A stretch of 59,392 nucleotides of DNA, the filler included, from Mobula birostris (lineage: Eukaryota), in NCBI RefSeq assembly GCF_030028105.1. It is 4 parts of 4 records of this genome, joined end to end, with 100 filler letters (N's around TTAATTAATTAA, not from the genome) between each part and the next. Parts side by side here need not be neighbours in the genome. Positions count along the whole stretch, not along the records: positions 39,480 to 59,392 come from NW_027278091.1; 3 more parts are not named here. One strand, given 5' to 3'. The position numbers were made by a program, and so were the translations under genes. Below, one piece after another: positions 51,296 through 59,392 of this stretch. Below the pieces are notes generated by a model. That model made no database searches. It was not told where the DNA came from and was given only the letters and a program-made list of their open reading frames with translations. Position 1 is the stretch's first letter, and the number at the start of each line of letters is the position of its first letter.

Positions 51296-52396
51296 TAGAA
51301 ACATAGAAACATAGAAAACCTGCAGCACAATACAGGCCCTTCAGCCCACAAAGTTTTGCCGAACATGTCCCTGCCTTAGATATTACTCGGCTTACCTGCA
51401 GCGCTTAATTTTTCGGCTCCATGTGCCTATCTAAATGTCTCTAAAAAGACTCTGTCGTATCTTCTTCCACCACCGTTGTCGGTAGCGCATTCCTCGAACT
51501 CAACACACGCCGAGTTATAAACCTACCACTGACAGCTCCTCTGTGCCTACTCACCAGCACCTTAAACAAGTTTCCTCTTGCGGCAACCGTTCCAGCTCTG
51601 GGAAAAAGCAGCTGAATAGCCACACGGTCCACGCCTCTCATCATCTTGTACACATCTATCAGGTCACCTCTCATCCTCCGTCGCTCCAAGAAAAAGGCCT
51701 AATTCACTCAACCAATTCTCATAAGGCATGCTCCCTAATCCAGGCAACATCTTTTACAATCACCTCTCCACCCTTTCTATGGCGTCCTCAACTTTCCTGT
51801 AGTGAGATGACCGGAACTGAGCACTCCATGTTGTGTCTGACCAGGGTGCTATATACTGCAGCATTACCTCTCGGCTCCTAAATTCAATTCCACGATTGAT
51901 GAAGGCCAATACACCGTACGCCTTCCAGCTGCTTTGAGTGTCGTATGGACTAGGACCCCAAGATCCCTCTGATCATCCACACTGCCAAGAGTTTTACCTT
52001 TAGTACTACATTCTACCATCATATTTGACCTACCAAATGAACCGCTTCACACTTCACTGGGTTGAAATCCATCTGCCGCTTTTCAGCCCAATTTTGCATG
52101 CTATCAATGACGCGCCGTAACCTCTGACAGTTGTCCACACGATCCACAACACATCCAAACTTTGTGTCAACAGCAAACTTACTAACCCACACCTCCACTT
52201 CCTCATCCAGGTCATTTATAAAAATCAACAAAGTATGGGTCCCGGAACAGATTCCTGGTTCACCCCACTGGTGACTGACGTCGATGTTATTTTTGCCTTT
52301 TGTGGGCAAGCCAGTTCTGGATCCACAAAGCAATTCCTCCTTGGATCACATGCGTCTTTACTTTCTCAATAAACTTTTCTTGGGTTACCTTATCAA
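51296..52396 (-). mobile_element. CR1 LINE 3' fragment
   Basis: Tail AGAAACATAGAAACATAG; minus ORFs RMRGDLIDVYK and SKFAVDTKFG. Confidence 0.88.
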
Positions 52397-52525
52397 ATCA
52401 CAAAATAATCTGCAGATGCTGTGCTCAAAGCAACACTCACAACACGCTGGAGGAGCTCAGCAGGTCGGCAGCAGCCGTGGAAAAGATCGGTCGACTTTTC
52501 GGGTCGGAACCCGACGAAGGGTTCC
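52397..52525. mobile_element. Solo Penelope pLTR fragment with a broken hammerhead core
   Basis: Matches the ends of the 23121-24502 element. ACGT is mutated and followed by a GGAACCC/GGGTTCC fold-back. Confidence 0.8.
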
Positions 52526-52822
52526 TTTATCCTTTATCTACAATGATGATTGTGTTAGCTTCCAATGCGAAATGGTGAATTTTCAGATGAATTAAGTAAC
52601 ACATAGGAATTACTGAAGGTGAAGTGTCTTCAATCAAAGTTACAGCTAACGAAGAAAAAAAAACATCCATTGCAAATGCCACGTGGGTACATCACTGGTG
52701 TTAGATGCTTGCTGTGACATCATATGAAATAATTGTACTAATCCTTTAGACTTCATTAACTTTTTTTTTTTAACCTTGATTTGTTCGCCCTCTATCGAGG
52801 TCTCGAAGAAACTGCTTAAGTG

Positions 52823-52859
52823 GGTTTTTGTTCGGATAATCGAGTTTTTCAACACTGTG
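52823..52859 (-). other. RSS of V2 with a 21-bp spacer
   Basis: Minus strand: CACAGTG (52859-53), TTGAAAAACTCGATTATCCGA (21 nt), ACAAAAACC (52831-23). Confidence 0.9.
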
Positions 52860-53339
52860 TGCTCATCGCGCAGAGGTACGTGGCTGAGTCAGAGACTGCG
52901 GCGTTCTTAATCGAGAGTTCGGAATATTTGTTACTGTTATCATAGGAAGCATTTAATCGATTGGTTACATCTTCATTTCTGTTTACTGTCTTTCCAATGA
53001 TCCGAATCAAATACAGTGGTCGCTGTCTGGGGCGGTGTCTGTACCAGAAAACATTCGGGAATGCAGCATTTGTTTGTAAAGTACAGTTTAGGGTAACATT
53101 ACTTTCTTCTTCGTTCGTCACTGCATCCAGTGTCTGTTCTACTGAGTCTTGAAGGCTCCAATCTAACAGTAAAATAAATAGTAGATCATAAGTTCTAGGT
53201 CGAACAACACGGTTACGTAAATTGACAATAAAACGTGTTTACAGAAAACGGGGAGGTCTCAAATATTACAGTGAAGGAACATCTTACCCAGAAGAAACAC
53301 AATAATGAGGAGCGGCGTGAGACAGGTCTTCATAATCAT
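52860..53339 (-). CDS. TRAV: V2: TCR alpha-type V gene segment (leader 53339/53333-53288, intron 53287-53163, V exon 53162-52860)
   Basis: Leader (MI)MKTCLTPLLIIVFLL with phase-1 donor GTAAGA and acceptor TTAG. Spliced product continues DWSLQDSVEQTLDAVTNEEESNVTLNCTLQTNAAFPNVFWYRHRPRQRPLYLIRIIGKTVNRNEDVTNRLNASYDNSNKYSELSIKNAAVSDSATYLCAMS. C23, W41 and C104 are intact, and the YLCAMS ending is TRAV-like. The alpha vs delta assignment is inferred. Confidence 0.92.
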
Positions 53340-55199
53340 TCTGTTTGACTCTGTACTCCAGTGACCACAGAGTGCAGACCAATCACATCAGGCAGCGCAC
53401 GGTGTTGAATCTCTAAAGACACAATAGAAAAAGGCGTTGAGACGCAGTGCAGGAAATGAAATTTTGCCAAGGCCTTCGCAAAAGTGCGCAACAAAGGAGT
53501 CAAACACTTTGTGAGCTGACAGAACAGCGCAGCGCCACGCAAAGGGGGAGGAATGAGCGGCAGCCGGCAATTCTCGTGGAGAAGACTGCCAACAAATTGC
53601 GCTTGCTCATCGACGCAGAGAATCAGAGCAGAATAAATGGGAGTGTAACCAATTGTGGGTGCGGCAAAAGATGCAATAACAGTATTTAATCTACTCTGAT
53701 GTGCATTTCTGGCAGAATTGAGACAGCAGAATTGATCTTAAATAAAGAAATGAGCACGCTGCGCAGCGCACGGTATTTTGACGTTTTCACATGCAAACTA
53801 TGAAAGTAGCTTTTCTTTGAATGACTTACCAATTAATTAGACATTTGGAAGCAGTAATTTTTTGTGTATAGGCTTTTGTTACATGAAGGAAGTTCATGTA
53901 ACATCGCCAGGTGCAAAGAAGTTATATTCCACCAGTTGACAACAAAGATTATGTTCGCTCATTTGCACTGTTCATTTATTGGTTTTTGGAAAAATTCCTC
54001 GCCAGCTGGGTGCTCCTAAAGTTTTCGTCTTTAATAATTCTCATGTGAAATGAAAATCATCAATTTACCTTATTAACTGCAGACAAACGAGAGTGTCGCT
54101 TTTGATTCAGAGCTTTCCTTTCGTAAAACTGAGCTGAAAACTCTCGATGATCTAGCTGATCGATATAATGGATCAATGGATACACGTAGATAGTAATGTC
54201 AGGATATGAAACAAAAAATGCCTCCTTTCCAGAATGTTGAGATTAGTCAGCAAATTTCCCGCCTAATTTAAATGAATTTGACACTCACCTATTTTCTGAG
54301 TTAGAGTCTCAGAAATAAACAAATAAAACCATTTTTTTTGCGGTTATTCAGCAGGATATCATGTAGTACTATCCGCGTGAACATTTGCCGCATGCTTTGA
54401 TTTATGACTTACAGGTCACAGAAATCAAAAAAACACGTTTCGCCTATTGGGACAGTGGAATGAGAGGCTTTGGCATTGGATTTTGGATGTGTCATTCATC
54501 ATCGGCAAGAGTAAAGTGTTTAATTATTTTAATTATGATTAAAATCTTGTGGTATCAGAAGTAAACAATATACCCATTAATAGAACCATAATGGAAAAAA
54601 ATAATCTTATTGAACCTAATCCTGGATTGTATGCCCCTGACGATGCTTCCAAACAGATGATGTGCTCAGACTCTAACCTTCTCGAAAGCATGGTTTTGAA
54701 AGTGCAGATCACATCCTTTGTGTTACAGTGTACACACATCATCATATTCTGATTCAGAAATTTTGCACCTGAATTTGGAATAATTTCTGATTGAATGCCG
54801 ATCTCATACTGTGAATTCGACGTAGAAATGAAGCAGACGTAGAAGGGGATGGGGTCAAGCTGTTGTGGTAACCAGACAGCAGTTCTTGGTACTGCAAAAT
54901 AGGCTGTTTAATATATAGTCTAATCTGTATTATAAGGTAATGAGGCAATGTAAAATAACAATAATATGACATATATGAGAGTCATTGCCCCTAGTTTATA
55001 ATAAATTAACATTTATTGTATACATGATGTTGCAAATTAACTCAGTTTATGCTACTCATTGCGAGGACAGATAATGCTGTATATCGCACTTTCTATCGTG
55101 GGAATAAAAATAGTTTGTCCAATCACTCATTCTAATACATCAGCACCTGCTCTAGCATGACGTGGTTTTATGTCCAATGTCTCCTATTACTTCTGCAGC

Positions 55200-55538
55200 T
55201 GCCTATATGAACTTCGTGAATGCTATAAATTGCTCAGTTAATGTTATGGAGCTTGGCAGACTACTACAGTGAAAACAGACGCCGAGCCCAGTATCAAAGT
55301 TGATGCTGTAATATGGAGTGAGTCTGTACAACATTAAATAACATTGCGTAAAAGAACACTGCATGGTCACGATTAATACACGTTCAAAGTCAGTGGCACT
55401 GTACACTTTCATGTTTACCTATGAGAAAGGCGACATACCGCGTCCTTAATTTAACAAATGAATGAGAACGCGAAACTAACATCCACAAGAACAAACAGCA
55501 TCTGTGCAGAGCGAAGGTGAGTTCGTGCTAATAATCAT
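55200..55538 (-). pseudogene. V4: probable decayed V segment resembling V1
   Basis: VYSATDFERV...VTMQCSFTQCYLMLYRLTPYYSINF(L)IL aligns with V1 VYQETDNIQR...ATIICNFS...LQLYRQYQDIGIQFLIL. Acceptor CATAG ends at 55419, with a phase-1 GTTAGT donor at 55480. Frameshifted, with an unrecognisable 3' half. Confidence 0.5.
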
Positions 55539-55718
55539 ACGACTAATAATCTGTTCCAAACTGTTACGAACCAGTGTAAACTGCAGAGTGAGTGACCGGA
55601 GTGCAACGGACAACCATGACTGAAAAATAATTGTTAAAGAGCTATGCAGAATAAACAGAACAATAACTAATACACTGAACATAATCGTATATGATCAGGC
55701 CTTGTGAGAATGGTTGAA

Positions 55719-58700
55719 CATAGAACATAGAATTGTAGAGCGTAGTACAGGCATTTCGGCCCACAATGTTGTGTCGACACTCAAAACCAGCCTCCCATAT
55801 AACCCCCCAACTCAAATTCCTCCATATACCTGTCTAGTAGTGTCGTAAACTTCACCAGTGTGTCTGCCTCCACTACTGACTCAGACAGTGCATTCCACGC
55901 ACCAACCACTCTCTGAGCAAAAAAAAAAATGTATCTTCCTCTAATATCCCCCTTGAACTTCCCACCCCTTACCTTAAAGCCATGTCCTCTTGTACTGAGC
56001 AGTATTGCCTGGGGAAGAGACGCTGGCTATCCACTCTTTCTATTCCTCTTATGATCTTGTACACCTCTATCAAGTCTCCTCTCATCCTCTTTCTCTCCAA
56101 TGAGTAAAGCCCTAGCTCCCTTAATCTCTGATCATAATGCATACTCTCTAAACCAGGCAGCATCCTAGTAATTCTCCACTGTACCCTTTCCAATGCTTCC
56201 ACATCTTTCCTATAGTGAGCTGACCAGCAAAGGACACAATCCTCCATGTGCGGCCTAACCAGAGTTTTATAGTGGTGCATCATCACATCGCGAATCTTAA
56301 ACTCTATCCCCCGACTTATGAAAGTTAACACCCATAAGCTTTCTTAACTACCCTATTCAGCTGTGAGGCAACTTTCAAGGATCTGTGGCCATGTACTCCC
56401 AGATCCCTCTGCTCCTCCACACTAGCAAGTATACTGCCATTTACTTTGTGCTCTGCCTTGGAGTTTGTCCTTCAAAAGTGTACCACCTCACACTTCTCCG
56501 GGTTGAACTCCATCTGCCACTTTTCAGCCCACTTCTCTATCCTATCAATGTCTCTCTGCAATCTTGGGACAATCCTCTACACTATCTACAACACCACGAA
56601 CCTTTGTGTCGTCCGCAAACTTGCCAACCCTCCCTTCTACCCCAACATCCAAGTCCTTAATAAGAATCACGAAAAATAGAGGTCCCAGAACAGATCCTTG
56701 TAGGATACCACGAGTCACAATCCCACCAATCTGAATATATTCCCTCCACCACGACCCTCTGCCTTCTGCAGGCAAGCCAATTCTGAATCCACCTTACCAA
56801 ACTTCCCGGGATCCAATGCCTTCTGACTTTCTGAATAAGCCTACCGTGTGCAACCTTGTCAAATGCCTTACTAAAATCCATATAGATTACATCCACTGCA
56901 CTACCCTCAGCTATATCCCTAGTCACTTCCTCAGAGAACTCTATCAGGCTTGTTAGGCACAATATGCCCTTCACAAAACCTTGCTGACTGTCCCTGGTTG
57001 GACAATTATTCTCTAAATGCCCAGAGAACCTATCTCTAAGAATCTTATCCAACAGCTTTCCCACCACAGACGGAAGGCTCACCAGTCTATAATTACTCGG
57101 ACTATCCCTTCTACCTTTCTTGAACAAGAGGACAACATTAGCCTCCTTCCAATCCTCCGGTAACATTCCCGTGGACAACGAGGACATAAAGATCCTAACC
57201 AGAGTCATGGCAATCTCTTCAGCGCCTCGTATAGCAGCCTGGGGAATATTCCTTCAGGCCCCAGGGACTTGTCCGTCCTAATGCATTTTAAAAACTCAAA
57301 CACCTCCTGTCCCTTAATATCAACTTGCGCCACAACATCAACCTCACTCGTATTGTCGTCACCATCATCAAGTTCCCTCTGATTGGTGAATACCGAAGAG
57401 AAGTATTCATTGAGGACCTCACTCACCTGCACAGCCGCCAGACACATTTTCTCACATTTATCTCTTACCGGTCCTACTTTCACTCCTGTCATCCTTTTTT
57501 TCTTCACATAATTGAAGAATGCCTTGGGGTTTTCCTTTACCCTCCTCGCCAAGGCCTTCTCATGCCCCCTTCTTGCTCTTCTCAGCCGCTTCTTAAGCTC
57601 CTTTCTTGCTACCCTATATTGCTCAATAGACCCATCTGAACCTTGCTTTGTAAACCTCATGTGGTGTGCCTTCTTCCACCTGTCCAGATTTTCCACCCCA
57701 CTTGTCACCCATAGTTCCTTCACCCTACCACTCTTTATCTTCTTCACCGGCACAAATTTATCCCTAACACCCAGCAAGGGGTCTCTAAACATCCACCACA
57801 TTTCCATAGTACATTTCCCTGCAAAAGCATCATCCCAATTCATACCCGTCAGTTCTAGCCTTATAGCCTCAGAATACCCTTTCCCAATTAAAAATTATTT
57901 CCTGTCCACTCTGATTTTATCCTTTTCCATGATAATGTTAAAGGCCAGGAGCTGTAGTCACTGTCCCCCAGATGCTCATCCATTGAGAGATCTCTGATCT
58001 GACCCGGTTCATTACCTAGTACTGGATCTAGTATGGCTTTCCCCCTTGTCGGCCTGTCCACATACTGTGACAGGAATCTGTTCTGGACACACTTAAAAAA
58101 CTCTGCCCCACCTAAACCTTTGGAACTAATCAGGTGCCAATCAATATTAGGGAAGTTAAAGTCACCCATGATAATAACCCTGTTAGTTTTACACCTTTCC
58201 AAAATCTGCGTCCCAATCTGCTCCTCTATATCTCTGCTGCTACCAGGGGGGCCTACAGAATATCCCCAATAGCGTAACTGCTCCCTTCTTGTTCCTGACC
58301 TCCACACATGCTGACTCCAAAGAGGATCCTGCTACATTACCCAGCCTTACTGTGACCGTACTAGTAACCCTGATCAATAATGCCACCCCTCCTCCCCCTT
58401 TTTTCCGCCCTCTCAATCCTTTTTTAAGCACTGAAATCCAGGAATATTGAGAATCCATTCCTGCACTGGTGCCAGCCAAATCTCCGTAAGAACCACTACA
58501 TCATAATTCCATGTCTGTATCCAAGATCTCAGTTCATCATCATTGTTCCTGATGCTTCTTGCATTGAGGTACACACATTTCAGCCCTTCTACCTTACTGT
58601 CTTTACACCGTTTATTCTGCTTCTCTTTCCTCAAAGCCTCTCCATATGTTAGATCTGGCTTTACTCCATGCACTTCTGTTACTGCTGTATCGCTTTGGGT

Positions 58701-59392
58701 CCCATCCCCTTTGCAAATTAGTTTAAACCCTCCCGAGCCATTCCAGCGAACCTACCTGCAAGGATATTGCTCCCCCTCGAGTTCAGGTGTAACCCATCCA
58801 ATCTGTACAAGTCCCACCTTCCCCAGAAGAGATCCTAATGTTCTAAAAATCTAAAACCCTGCTCCCTGCACCAACTCCTCAGCCACGCATTCAACTGTCA
58901 TCTCCTCCAATTCTTACTATCGATGTCGTGTAGCACTGGCAGCAATCCTGAGAACGCCACCCTTGAGGTCCTGTTCTTCAGCCTTCTGCCTAGTTCCCGA
59001 AACTCACACTTCAGGACATCAACCTTCTTCCTGCCTATGTCGTTGGTCCCAACATGTATCACAACTTCTGGTTGCTTTCCCTTTCGTACCATAATGTCGT
59101 GCACCCTGTCAGAGACATCCTGGACCCAGGCACCGGGGAAGAAACAAACGATGCGGGTGTCCTTCTCATGTCCACAAAACCTCCTGTCTGCTCCCCTGAC
59201 AATAGAGTCTCCAATGACGACAGTTATCCTCTTTTCCGTCCTACGCTTCTGCACCACCGGTCAGGCTCAGTGCCGGATGCCCTGCCAGCGTGCCTTACAC
59301 CTGGTCGGTCGTCCCCGCTACCAGTATCCAGGACGGTAAACTTATTATTCAGGGGAATGGCAACAGGGGTGCTCTGAACTACCTGTCTGCTC
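55719..59392 (-). mobile_element. Near full-length CR1 LINE, same family as 46110-49995, opposite orientation, runs off the window
   Basis: Tail AACATAGAACATAG. Minus ORFs 55969, 56657, 57205, 57888, 58413 and 58898 match the 46-50 kb copy, including the ORF1 esterase GDSIVR...HVGTND. Confidence 0.95.

Noticed and set aside
54540-54570. LWYQK motif suggesting a V segment
   Set aside because: An immediate stop follows, with no flanking cysteine motifs, splice sites or RSS.

Overview
Vertebrate non-bacterial genomic DNA, most likely from a cartilaginous fish (shark/ray). This is inferred from HE1/V-SINE-like elements, abundant CR1, Rex-Babar and Penelope retroelements, and Tc1 transposons. Roughly two thirds of the window (estimated by eye) is decayed mobile DNA. 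The biologically informative part (about 35-56 kb) is a sparse array of antigen-receptor variable (V) gene segments of T-cell receptor alpha/delta type. Two are open and spliceable, each with leader exon, intron, V exon and RSS: V1 on + at 37557-38088 and V2 on - at 52823-53339. There is also one clear pseudogene paralog of V2 (42.3-42.8 kb, -) and two to four further decayed V relics. No D, J or C segments were recognised. Unusual points: V1 has Leu in place of the invariant Trp41; V2 has a perfect heptamer and nonamer but a 21-bp spacer; a CTCF-like 15-mer is perfectly conserved just downstream of the RSS of V2 and of its decayed paralog; and Penelope pseudo-LTRs carry minimal hammerhead ribozyme cores. 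The first 12 kb holds a ~4-kb tandem segmental duplication built on an older short repeated module. Three 100-bp N44-TTAATTAATTAA-N44 spacers are artificial joins, so contiguity across them is not guaranteed. All calls are by eye and no database search was run.
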